Under the pieces are notes generated by a model, which searched no databases, was not told where the DNA came from, and saw only the letters and a program-made list of their open reading frames with translations. A program made the position numbers and the translations under genes. Positions 18,128 through 27,900 of a DNA stretch of 64,000 nucleotides are shown one piece after another; positions within the stretch are counted from its first letter, which is position 1; every line of letters begins with the position of its first letter. This DNA comes from Armatimonadota bacterium (GTDB taxonomy: Bacteria > Armatimonadota > UBA5829), in the NCBI GenBank assembly GCA_039679645.1, contig JBDKUO010000067.1, positions 28,208 to 92,207 on the forward strand, read 5' to 3'.

Positions 18128-19051
18128 TCAGAGTCGCTCTATCGCGTCTTCGAGTGGTTCGTTCGCAAGGTGAGTGTAGACTTCGGTGCTGCCGATGCAT
18201 AGGTGGCCGAGGGCTTCCTTGACCAGCCGCACATCGGAAGTAGCGGCATAGAGGTGAGTAGCGAAGGTGTGCCGCAGTCCGTGCGGCGTGACGTTCTTCT
18301 GGATTCCGGCTTTGCCGAGCCAGTAAGCAAGGCGCTGGGCGATCTGTCGGCAGCAGAGCCTCGTTCCGCGAGAGGAAACAAACAGTGCGGTGACCTCGGA
18401 GCCTGTCAGTCGGTGGCGCTCTTTGAGGTAACTGCGCAGTAGCGTCCGCAGGGACGATTTCAGGAACTTGGCCTGCGGGATGCCGCCCTTGCCTGTGATG
18501 TAGATGTGTTTGCCGTCAAGATCGACGTCGTCGATGTCGAGGCTCACAAGTTCGGCTATGCGAATTCCGGTGCCGAGGAAGAGTTCAAAGATGACCCGGT
18601 CGCGGCGTGCGAGCGGACTGGTTCGGTCGTGCAGTTCCTTAATAAGCCTGCGCTTCTCGTGTTCGGTGAGGAACTTCGGCAGCTTACGGGAGAGTCGTCT
18701 GGACGTGATCGACCTGCCCGGGTTGGATTCCACCAGGCCGCTTTCGGCAGCCCAGGTGAAGAAGGCTCGCAGCGTGGCCTTCAGCCGATACATTGTCGCA
18801 GGGGACTTCAGCGAGCCATTTTCGGAGCAGATCAGTGCGGGATCGGCGAGCGCCGTGTCCATTATCGTAGGCGTCACTTCGTATATTCCAATGCCCGGTA
18901 TGGCTCTGGCAAAGCAGTGCAGGTCGCGCAGGTAGGCGGAAACGGTAAGCTCCGAGCGACCTTGTGCCCGGAGCCTTACCGCGAAGTCATCTATTGCCTG
19001 TTCGAGACTGCTGCTAGGCTGCAGCAGCCGGATCGATGTGTTCGTCGGCAT
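18128..19051 (-). CDS. Tyrosine recombinase (XerC/D-like) located inside the packaging module
   Basis: N-terminal SAM-like LTVSAYLRDLHCFARA; catalytic R (ARRDRV), HGLRHTFATHL, terminal Tyr in GSTEVYTHL. Confidence 0.85.
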   Translation of the reverse strand: MPTNTSIRLLQPSSSLEQAIDDFAVRLRAQGRSELTVSAYLRDLHCFARAIPGIGIYEVTPTIMDTALADPALICSENGSLKSPATMYRLKATLRAFFTWAAESGLVESNPGRSITSRRLSRKLPKFLTEHEKRRLIKELHDRTSPLARRDRVIFELFLGTGIRIAELVSLDIDDVDLDGKHIYITGKGGIPQAKFLKSSLRTLLRSYLKERHRLTGSEVTALFVSSRGTRLCCRQIAQRLAYWLGKAGIQKNVTPHGLRHTFATHLYAATSDVRLVKEALGHLCIGSTEVYTHLANEPLEDAIERL

Positions 19052-19451
19052 TTGTCACCTCGTCTGTAGTCTTGAGACTGTGGCCAAGTGGGACGTCCTT
19101 TGGTAGCGGGAGCTTGCTGATGTAGCCCCGCTCCAAACACCAGGCAAGGAAAACTCGGAAGACGCGGATGGTCTTCTTGATCGTGATTTCCGAACGGTCT
19201 TTGTCGCCGTGCATTTTGAGAAGTATGTCCGACTTGAGAAAGCCGGAGACGTGGGGAATGAGGATCGAGCGGAGCTTCTTGTCAGGGCCGAAGTAAGCTT
19301 CAACCTGCTCGAAGTCCTTTCCATACGTGTAAAGGGTGCGCTCGCTCTTGCCTTGGCTCTTGAGGTATTCAACGTGTTCCTCAATGGCCTCGTGTAGTGT
19401 TTTCTGTTCCATTTCACTACCTCCAGTGGTTGTGTTGTTCACATGGATCAC
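19014..19451 (-). CDS. Integrase N-terminal (SAM-like core-binding) domain protein, separate ORF overlapping recombinase start
   Basis: 145 aa; TLYTYGKDFEQVEAYF...IRVFRVFLAWCLERGYI pattern of phage integrase N-terminal domain. Confidence 0.4.
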   Translation of the reverse strand: MIHVNNTTTGGSEMEQKTLHEAIEEHVEYLKSQGKSERTLYTYGKDFEQVEAYFGPDKKLRSILIPHVSGFLKSDILLKMHGDKDRSEITIKKTIRVFRVFLAWCLERGYISKLPLPKDVPLGHSLKTTDEVTNADEHIDPAAAA

Positions 19452-21043
19452 TCATATCGCGTTTGAAGTCAAGGGTTCTTGCCTCGAATGTGCGAGAAAA
19501 AGCGGAGGAAAAACAGTTGGTTGAGATAACGTCGGAAGAAGAAAGACTGGGAATGTCGCTGCGGGACCCGGTGCTCTGGGGTGAGAAGTACCTGCGCAAT
19601 CGGGACGGTTCCGCGCGCAGTTATTGGCCACACCAGATCGACGACCTCAAGTGCGAGGATCGGAACATCATCCACCTCGACGGCCGTGATTGCGGAAAGT
19701 CGATATCGCTTACGACTGATGCTCTGCACTTCGCCTTTACCAAACGCGGCGGCCAGGGGCTCATCGCTGCTCCCCACCAGGGACACCTCGATACGCTCAT
19801 TGAGGAGATTGAGTTTCAACTCGATTCCAACTCCGAGCTTATGAGAAGCATTGCCCTCACCAAATACGGTAAGCCGAAGATCACACGCAAGCCGTACTTC
19901 AGACTGGAGTTCACCAACGGCGCGGTCCTCTATTTCCGACCTGCCGGGGCCTACGGCGACGCCTTCAGATCATTGCACGTCGAGCGTGTCTGGGTAGACG
20001 AAGGCGCATGGCTCACCGAAAAGGCATGGAAGGCTCTCCGGCAGTGCCTCAAGGCCGGAGGACGACTGCGTATATACTCGACTCCGAACGGCCTGCGGAA
20101 CACCACCTACTACCGGCTCACGACGTCGCCGCAGTTTGAGGTATTCAGGTGGCCGTCGTGGATAAACCCGGACTGGAGTGAGGAGCGCGAACGCGAACTC
20201 CTTGAGTTCTACGGTGGACGCGACACTGCGGGCTGGCAGCACGAGGTCGCCGGTGAACACGGCAAGCCGTCCTACGGTGCGTTCAACGTCGAGCACTTGA
20301 ACCTCTGCCGACAGGAAATGCCGGAGTATTTGAAGGTCGTGATAACTGGCGAGGGCATGCGCGACTGCGTAACTGAAGAAGAATCATACGACCGCCTGGA
20401 GATGCTCCTGAACCTGATGCCGCAGACCGGCGTCTTCTGGATAGGCGGCGACCTGGGTTACACCAATGACCCGACAGAGATCGTCGTCTTTCAGGAGATA
20501 GAGGTCGGGGACCGCTCGGTCGTGAAACTCGCGCTGCGAATCCACATGGAGCACGTTTCATACCCGCACATTGCTCAGACGATCAGCCTGCTTGAGCGAT
20601 ATTTCACTCCGGTCGGGATCGGTGTGGACAATGGCGGCAACGGTCTGGCGGTCGTGCAGGAACTACTCACACTCGACAAATATAAACCTCTCCAGCTTGA
20701 AGGTCGACTGCGCGGTTACGACTTCGGCGGTATGACAACACTTGCCGTGCGCGAAGGCCAGGAGGTGAAGAAGCGTACCAAGGAGCTTATGACCAGTCTT
20801 ATTAACGGCGTGCTCCAGCGCAGGCAGCTAGTCCTGCCTGCCGACGATCTTGAGATAGAGGACCAGTTCACCACTCACACATATACTCTCTCGAACGGCA
20901 ATGTCATCTACTCCAAAGGCAACGACCACATAATCGACGCCGTGCGCTGCGCGATGCTGGTGCGGGAACAGAGAAGCCTGGACCATGTAACCGAGGAGAC
21001 GGTCTGTGTCATGCCGGTGCTTACCGACCCGATATTTTTCTGA
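19397..21043 (+). CDS. Terminase large subunit (real start probably near 19553)
   Basis: ATPase Walker A-like HLDGRDCGKS, Walker B-like VWVDEGAW; C-terminal nuclease-like acidic motifs (GIGVDNGGNG, NDHIIDAV). Confidence 0.8.
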   Translation: MFSVPFHYLQWLCCSHGSLISRLKSRVLASNVREKAEEKQLVEITSEEERLGMSLRDPVLWGEKYLRNRDGSARSYWPHQIDDLKCEDRNIIHLDGRDCGKSISLTTDALHFAFTKRGGQGLIAAPHQGHLDTLIEEIEFQLDSNSELMRSIALTKYGKPKITRKPYFRLEFTNGAVLYFRPAGAYGDAFRSLHVERVWVDEGAWLTEKAWKALRQCLKAGGRLRIYSTPNGLRNTTYYRLTTSPQFEVFRWPSWINPDWSEERERELLEFYGGRDTAGWQHEVAGEHGKPSYGAFNVEHLNLCRQEMPEYLKVVITGEGMRDCVTEEESYDRLEMLLNLMPQTGVFWIGGDLGYTNDPTEIVVFQEIEVGDRSVVKLALRIHMEHVSYPHIAQTISLLERYFTPVGIGVDNGGNGLAVVQELLTLDKYKPLQLEGRLRGYDFGGMTTLAVREGQEVKKRTKELMTSLINGVLQRRQLVLPADDLEIEDQFTTHTYTLSNGNVIYSKGNDHIIDAVRCAMLVREQRSLDHVTEETVCVMPVLTDPIFF

Positions 21044-21413
21044 GGCAGTCTATGTTTCCGGCAGCGCCGATTCCACAAGTGCAAGAAGTGTCGCAAGTGG
21101 AATACGCAGCGCCCATGCTATGACGATTATCTCGGAAAGCTCCGGGTCGTGCTTGCCATTCGAGGCACTCAAGGACAACCCTTGACACCAAAGCGCTCGC
21201 TGCATAGATCAATTGTGTTTTGATGTGTTTTATACTTATCACCTCTGCGCTTTAGTCAGGGGATTTTGTCGCTTCATTTCCCTGCAATGGTGCTCATGCC
21301 TCTTGTTGTGCTACTTATATGATTCGACAAACACCAGTATTTACGATGGGTTTGCAAGCTCGTTGCCACCCGTGCGGAAACCAGGGGTATCGTCAGGCCG
21401 TTTGCGGATTACT

Positions 21414-21454
21414 CCGACACTTCCCGGTTTTGGCGAGTACATATCAAGTAGAGG
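21414..21454 (+). promoter_or_regulatory. Conserved phage promoter-like motif, copy 3
   Basis: ccgacacttcccggttttggcgagtacatatcaagtagagg, 47 nt upstream of portal ATG 21501. Confidence 0.6.
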
Positions 21455-21500
21455 CACTCTTGTGTGCCATTACCGACTTCAAGACAGCGAGTATCCTATA

Positions 21501-23012
21501 ATGAAAAACTCCAGACGACGATCAGGGCCACGAAAAGCTGTGTCCGACCAGCCGGGCATGCGGACCGACGGTATTGTCGTTGCGCCGCTTGCGTCAGCGG
21601 CGGCACTAGACTCCTCCACGTTTGCCGGTGTGAATGCAATTGATGTCATCCCAAAGACCTGGGAAGAGCGCGCTAAGAAAGCCTGGGATTACTACGTCGA
21701 GGAGCCGCTTGTCAAAAACTGCATCAACTCCTGGCGGACGTTTGCCGTTGGAGACGAGATACGGATATCCAGCAACGACGACACCGTCAAGACCGAGGCA
21801 AACGATCTTGCCGACAAGCTCGGCATCTCTGAGTTCGTAAAAGACATGGTCCTCCAACTTCTCGTTAAAGGCGACGCAGTAGGCTTCAAGCATTACGCAA
21901 AAGATGGCAGAGACATCGAAGAGCTGACGTGCGTGAACCCGATCTCGATTAAGGTCAAATACGCTCAGTGCCAGCTAATCGAAATTCAGCAGTTTCCCGG
22001 TGATGGTCTGGCTGTAGGCGACGGCCTGAAGCTGCCCATTGAGCAGACCCTGCACCTTAAGTGGGACGCGCCGTCGTTTTCCCCTCGCGGCAACTCACTC
22101 GTGCTTCCGGCCTTCCAGTCCATCGAGTTGCTGCGTGACTACCGAAGGGCTGAACAGGCCATAGCTAAGCGCTGGGCGACACCGTTTCGCCTGCTCAAAG
22201 TCGGCGGTGCATTCGGTCAGAAGATGATAATGCCCGACCAGAAGATGCTCGAACAGACACGCGACATGGTCAACAGAATGGATATGAAAAGCGGCCTGGT
22301 CGTGCCGTTCTACATCACCGTCGAGACCCACGGTACTGAAGGCCAGGTTCTCAATGTCGAGGACAAAGTCAAGGATGTCAAGGAAGACATCGTCGTCGCT
22401 CTCGGCCTGTCGCGTTCTCTTGTGGCTGGCGACGGCCCCAACTTTGCCACGGCATCAGTCTCTATGCAGAAGATGCTCATCATGATCCGCGAGATTAAGC
22501 ATGCGGCGAAAACCATACTCGACTGGGTGTTCGACGACTGGCTGGAGATCGCGGGGCATCAGGGCAAAAGCGTCCAGTTCGTCTTCAACGACCTCGATCC
22601 GACCGATGCGGTAGACTTCAAGAAGCTCCTTATCGAGCTATACGACCGGAAACTCATAAGCCGATCAAGTCTGCAATTGAAGATGGACCTTGACCCGGAT
22701 ACCGAGACGGCAAATCGGCAGCACGAGGGTCAGTCGGTCGACTTGCTCGATGAGAAGCAGGTCAAGCCAATCGTGGACATGGTCGTGGCCGGGATAATGA
22801 GTATAGAGACCGCGCAGCAGATGCTCGGCCTCGATCCGGCGAAGAACCGACCGGATGGCCAGACAGCCGCGTCCCTCTATTCCAGCGTGGGTGTCGGCGA
22901 GATGTGCGACTCCTGTGCCTACTTTGGCGAGGATCACAACTGCTGCGGAGTCACGCAAGCCGAGACAACTTTCGATTCCCCGGCATGCCGCTTCTTCGTG
23001 CGACAAAGATGA
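21501..23012 (+). CDS. Portal protein (ORF open from 21213; start chosen at ATG 21501 after promoter motif)
   Basis: ~500 aa between TerL and MuF-like gene; C-terminal Cys cluster CDSCAYFGEDHNCCG...ACRFF. Confidence 0.65.
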   Translation: MKNSRRRSGPRKAVSDQPGMRTDGIVVAPLASAAALDSSTFAGVNAIDVIPKTWEERAKKAWDYYVEEPLVKNCINSWRTFAVGDEIRISSNDDTVKTEANDLADKLGISEFVKDMVLQLLVKGDAVGFKHYAKDGRDIEELTCVNPISIKVKYAQCQLIEIQQFPGDGLAVGDGLKLPIEQTLHLKWDAPSFSPRGNSLVLPAFQSIELLRDYRRAEQAIAKRWATPFRLLKVGGAFGQKMIMPDQKMLEQTRDMVNRMDMKSGLVVPFYITVETHGTEGQVLNVEDKVKDVKEDIVVALGLSRSLVAGDGPNFATASVSMQKMLIMIREIKHAAKTILDWVFDDWLEIAGHQGKSVQFVFNDLDPTDAVDFKKLLIELYDRKLISRSSLQLKMDLDPDTETANRQHEGQSVDLLDEKQVKPIVDMVVAGIMSIETAQQMLGLDPAKNRPDGQTAASLYSSVGVGEMCDSCAYFGEDHNCCGVTQAETTFDSPACRFFVRQR

Positions 23013-24574
23013 TCTGCACTATTGCATCGGATTTAACTCCGCAGGCTCAGGCGATCCGCGAAGCCACGCTCAAGAGTCTACATGCCCGTGACCTATACTC
23101 CGAGCAGATCGCGCACGAACTGACACAGTCCTTAAAGACCGCGCAGGAACAGGTACGCAAAGTGCTCCTCAACTATAAGAGCCTGGGGTCACTGCCCGAC
23201 AACAAACTCGCCGCCTTGAAAGGTCTTGAGAAGCTGGACGCGGAGATAGGCGACCTGATGAAGACGCTCAAGAAAGAGCAGACTCTGGTGTTCCGCAAGG
23301 CTTCCCGCGCGTCGTTCAGGTCTGGCATATATCACGGCATCGGGGAATTCGTCGCGGCGCAGTTGCCTTTCTACCGTGATCTTGCACCAGACGGGATAGA
23401 CAAGCTCACCACGTCTATGTTTACCCTTATCGACACCGACGCGCTCGATTTTATTGTCAACTACAACCTCGTGCTTGCAGCCGATGTGCATCGGGAGCTT
23501 TCAGACGGCATCAAGCGCACGATCCTCTCCGGGATTGCCACAGGCAAAGGGGTAGACGACATCGTCCGCGACCTGGGCAGGGTCATCGAGAACAAGGAAT
23601 CATTCCGCAACGCGGGAAGCAAGGTGTTCAGCCGGGCGCAGTATCGCATGGAGATGATTGCCCGCACCGAAGTCCTGCGCGCTCACAACCAGGGTCGCAT
23701 CAAGTTTTACCAGCAGGTCGGCGTTCAGAAGCTCGAATGGATGGCTGTGGAAGACGAGCGGATGTGCCCTGTCTGCGGCGGTCTCGACGGCCAAGTATTC
23801 GACATTGACAAATTCCCCAACATCCCGGCACATCCTCTATGCCGCTGCCAGTCTCTGCCAGCATGGCCGCTGGTTGTAAGCGGCGGCGAACTCGGCGCTG
23901 CGGCTACCAAGGATAAGCCCGCCTGCATTCTATCTCCGCAGGCGATCCAGGAGCAGGCAAGACGGAAGATAGAGGAAGAGAAGATGCTCAAGGGCGCATT
24001 CGAGTCAGGCCAGATCGCGGATTTGAGCGCCCTTACGGTAAAACAGCTACAGACGCTGGCAAAACAAAACGGCATATCAATCGCGCGCACCAAGTCCGAC
24101 TTCATCAAGCTGCTTGATCTGGTGGAGCCGGGGGTTCACCACAGTGATCTATCGGGAGCGGTGCTGCAGGCGAAGATAGGGCAGTACAACATCGCGGCGT
24201 TACGGGGTAAAGACGAACTCGTGAAGCTGTTGGCCGAAAAGCAGGCTGCAATCAGGAAGGCGAAGGCTCTTGAGGAAGCCGCGAAGAACGCGATCTCTCA
24301 GGAAGGTCTTGCCGCTCTCAGCGTGGCCAAACTCAGGGAGATGGCCAAAGATCAAGGTATTCCTCTGAGCCTTACGAAGAGCGAGGTTATTGAAATGCTG
24401 GATACGCTCGAACCCGGAGTGGATCACTCAGGTCTTGCCGGAAAAGCGCTCGCTGCTGCGAAAGCCAGGCATAACATCGGGTCCATCAAGAATAAGGATC
24501 AGCTCATAAATGCTTTGGAGAAGGTCGCCGGTCAAAAGATGGCGCTTCGTGTTCTCCGAGATAAGCAGCCCTGA
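23009..24574 (+). CDS. Head morphogenesis protein, MuF/SPP1 gp7 family, with duplicated C-terminal SAP/Rho-N-like domain
   Basis: MCPVCGGLDGQVF...AHPLCRCQ motif; ATGA overlap with portal stop; two ~70-aa repeats LTVKQLQTLAKQNGISIARTKSDFIKLLDLVEPGV / LSVAKLREMAKDQGIPLSLTKSEVIEMLDTLEPGV. Confidence 0.8.
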   Translation: MICTIASDLTPQAQAIREATLKSLHARDLYSEQIAHELTQSLKTAQEQVRKVLLNYKSLGSLPDNKLAALKGLEKLDAEIGDLMKTLKKEQTLVFRKASRASFRSGIYHGIGEFVAAQLPFYRDLAPDGIDKLTTSMFTLIDTDALDFIVNYNLVLAADVHRELSDGIKRTILSGIATGKGVDDIVRDLGRVIENKESFRNAGSKVFSRAQYRMEMIARTEVLRAHNQGRIKFYQQVGVQKLEWMAVEDERMCPVCGGLDGQVFDIDKFPNIPAHPLCRCQSLPAWPLVVSGGELGAAATKDKPACILSPQAIQEQARRKIEEEKMLKGAFESGQIADLSALTVKQLQTLAKQNGISIARTKSDFIKLLDLVEPGVHHSDLSGAVLQAKIGQYNIAALRGKDELVKLLAEKQAAIRKAKALEEAAKNAISQEGLAALSVAKLREMAKDQGIPLSLTKSEVIEMLDTLEPGVDHSGLAGKALAAAKARHNIGSIKNKDQLINALEKVAGQKMALRVLRDKQP

Positions 24575-24859
24575 TTGCTGCTGCGTGCCGATTCGCCGAT
24601 AGGCTTTATAATTGTTATCCCGCTGACCGCCGCAAACCGGGCGCGCGCTTTACTTTGAGCATCCCTTGCAAAGCTCGTCTATCTTTTCCAGCGCGGTCCT
24701 CACGTGTCGAGCCGACACCGTTTTGTGGCCCGAATCACCCGAGTGGTCCGTGTAGTCTTGTCAGTGATTCTCGGAGCTATTATACGGAGAACCACCAGAT
24801 CGCTAAAGTCAACGCACTTGCCCTATCCAACTTCCAGCATCGCACACCACAAAATTATT

Positions 24860-24900
24860 TCGACACTTTCTGGATTTCAGAAGTACATATCAAATAGAGG
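24860..24900 (+). promoter_or_regulatory. Conserved phage promoter-like motif, copy 4
   Basis: tcgacactttctggatttcagaagtacatatcaaatagagg, 39 nt upstream of ATG 24939. Confidence 0.6.
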
Positions 24901-24938
24901 GCCTTTTTGTTTTGGCCTGTTGAATGTCGGAGTGATAC

Positions 24939-27900
24939 ATGCAGCTTTTCGCCACAGACCTGGATCGGCTGGCATTTCTTCTTGAGACGGATGCTTCGCG
25001 CCACCTTGAGCTTCTTCTCGCACAGGCGGCCGAGCTTATTACCGAGGAACTGCCGGAAGATAAGCGGCCAAAATACATAACAAACTACATCGGCTCGAAA
25101 CAGAAACTCGTCGATTGGATCTGGAAGAACACGCCGGAAGATGTCGGCTCCGTTCTTGATGCGTTCTGCGGCTCGGCTGTTGTGGCGTATATGTATAAGA
25201 CCAAGGGTCTGTGCGTTCTGGCTAACGACCGGCTCCACTACTCATATCATGCCGCGCGTGCAATCATCGAAAATGACAGTGTACGCATAAGCCAGGATGA
25301 ACTGGACGGGCTTCTGGCAGACAATCCGAAAGCTGGAACCTTCGTCCGCGACAACTTCAAGGGACTCTTCTTCGCCAGCGGCGTCCACGCAATTATCGAT
25401 ACCATCCGAGCCAACATCAACAAACTCGATGGCTTCAAAAAAGACATCGCGCTGTTTGCTCTGGGTAAGACCTGCCTCTCGGGTAAGGGCGGGTTCGGGC
25501 ACTTCTCTTCGTCTACGAATTATGGCAAGTTCCAGGACTCGCCGGAGGAGTTCCGCAATCGATTCGCGGACAACATCGCCCGCATAAACGCCCTCATATT
25601 CAACAACGGCAAAGAGTGCAAGGCGTATCGGAAAGATATCAATGACGTGCTTTCCGATGCAAGGGTCGAACTGGCCTACTTCGATCCTCCTTACGCGACA
25701 GAGTTCTCGACAACCAACTACGAGAAAAGCTATCACTTCATCGAAGGCCTGATGACTTACTGGGATGGCCTTGAGATCAATACAGACTCGAAAACCCGTC
25801 ATTACGAGACCGACCACAAGTCGGTCACGAAGGCAAATGCCAACGAGTTCTTCGGTACGTTTCTGGCCAACGCTAGGCACATTCCGAACTGGCTCATTTC
25901 ATATCGTGACCATGCCTATCCCAACGAGAGCGAGATGAAAGGGATCATCTCGGTAAACGGCATGTCCAGCCGGATGCAGTCTCAGAAGCATCGTTACAGC
26001 ATTTCATCGAAATATTCTGAGAACTCAGATGCGGTGGAGCGGTTGTTTATCTGTAGCCGCGCGAAAGAGATGAAACAGGCAGCGTCTGTACGTCCGGCAT
26101 GCTCACAAATGCAGACACAGGCAGAATGGGATGAGACTGCAAACGAGATTCGCTATCGCGTGCGCGATCCCGAGCAGTTCCAGCCGGATAGTATTAGACG
26201 AAAAGCCCTCGAAGGCGTTGATGGCATCTCCATCATTACCGGCAGGCTTAAGGAAGAATTCGTTCCTGATGGCCACGACCCAAAATCCATGGTCCTTCAG
26301 TCTTACAGGTTCGCAAAGAAAACGGATGATAACGCCTATGGCTGGACGATGGAGAAGGCAAAGCAGTGGATTACCGAACACGAACTGGAAGCATCAAAGG
26401 CCGAGGTCCGCATCGAGGACAATATGCAGGCTCTGGCGGATGCGCCGTTTGCCGAAAGCCTTGATCTGCTTTCCTGCCAGGCAGGAACCGATGACCCCGT
26501 CAAAGTCACAGGCTTCATGGGAAACAAATACGTAATGCTCGGCTGGATTGAACGACAGGTTCCCAAGGATGCAAAGACCGTGCTTGATGCCTTCTCCGGT
26601 GGAGCCAATGTTGCATATCATTTGAAGCGCAGGGGCATGAAGGTCATCGCCAATGACCTGCTGCTCTATCCGTACCATATTGCGCGCGCCGTAGTGGAGA
26701 ACTCTCACGAGACTCTTTCGAATGAGGATATCGAACGCATCCTTGCACCAAATTCCAATGCAGGCACGTTCATAGTCGACAATTTCCACGGCTACTACTA
26801 CACCAAGAAAGTCCTGGCGTGGCTGGATCAGGTATGGTCGAACATCCAGAAGCTCTCCGGTTACAAGAAAGATTTGGCTCTTGCCGCACTCGGCAACACG
26901 GTGAAGGCGAAATCCATGTTCGGGCAGTTCCACCGCTCGAAGATCAACCTCAAAGCAGATATGGATGCTGACGCAGGTATCAAGGAAAACCAACTCGTAA
27001 GCATTCCAGTAACGCATATGGTCGAGAGCTTCAGGCGCTACGCCAGCCAGCTCAACAAGCTCGTTTTCGATAACGGTCAGGAATGCAAGGCATTCTGCGG
27101 GGATGCAGTGGAGGCAGTGCGCAAGTACGGTGCCGATGTGCTGTACCTCGACCCGCCTTACATCACGGAGTTTTCTAACAACGATTACGAATTTTCGCTG
27201 CACTTTGTCGAGGGTCTCATGAACCGCTGGGCGGATAAGGAACTCCTGAACGACAACCGCCGCAGCTACAAATCGCGCACGCATTACGACCGTGACAGTA
27301 TCCGCTCCCTCATAGACAACCTTGCTTCCGAAGCGCGCGGCAAGTATGAGACCGTGATTATGTCCTACCGGGACCGCGCATTTCCCACAGAGAAAGAAAT
27401 CAAGGACATGTTCGCCCAGCGATTTGGGCATGTCCGGGTCAGAGGAATGGACGTCGAATATGGCATTGTTCTGGGAAAAGGCAGCGAGGGAAAGACTGCC
27501 CGTGAACTGCTCTTCGTGGCGTCGAACAGTGGCCGTGTTCCGAAATCTACAGCAGCGTCGCTTGCAGCGAATTGTCACACATCCATTCCTGTGGAAGTGG
27601 CCATCTCCGGTGACAGTAGTCTTTCAGCGTCGGCCGTGGACATCAATCCCAACGCCGGTGATCCACAATTCGGCTTTATTATGTGCCGAGCGGGGACGAA
27701 CAAGAATGGCGATCACTTTACAGCAGATGAACTAGCGTCACGCTACACAACGGCCATCAACAAGAAAATTGATCTAAAACACTCTCAGGATTTGACGGAT
27801 ATTGTCGGCGGCATCATTGCTTCCGAGTTTGTGGAGGATGAGACCGGCGGTCGGGTCGAGTGTGCTGGGGAGTTATATGTGGCCGACTCTCCCACTGCCG

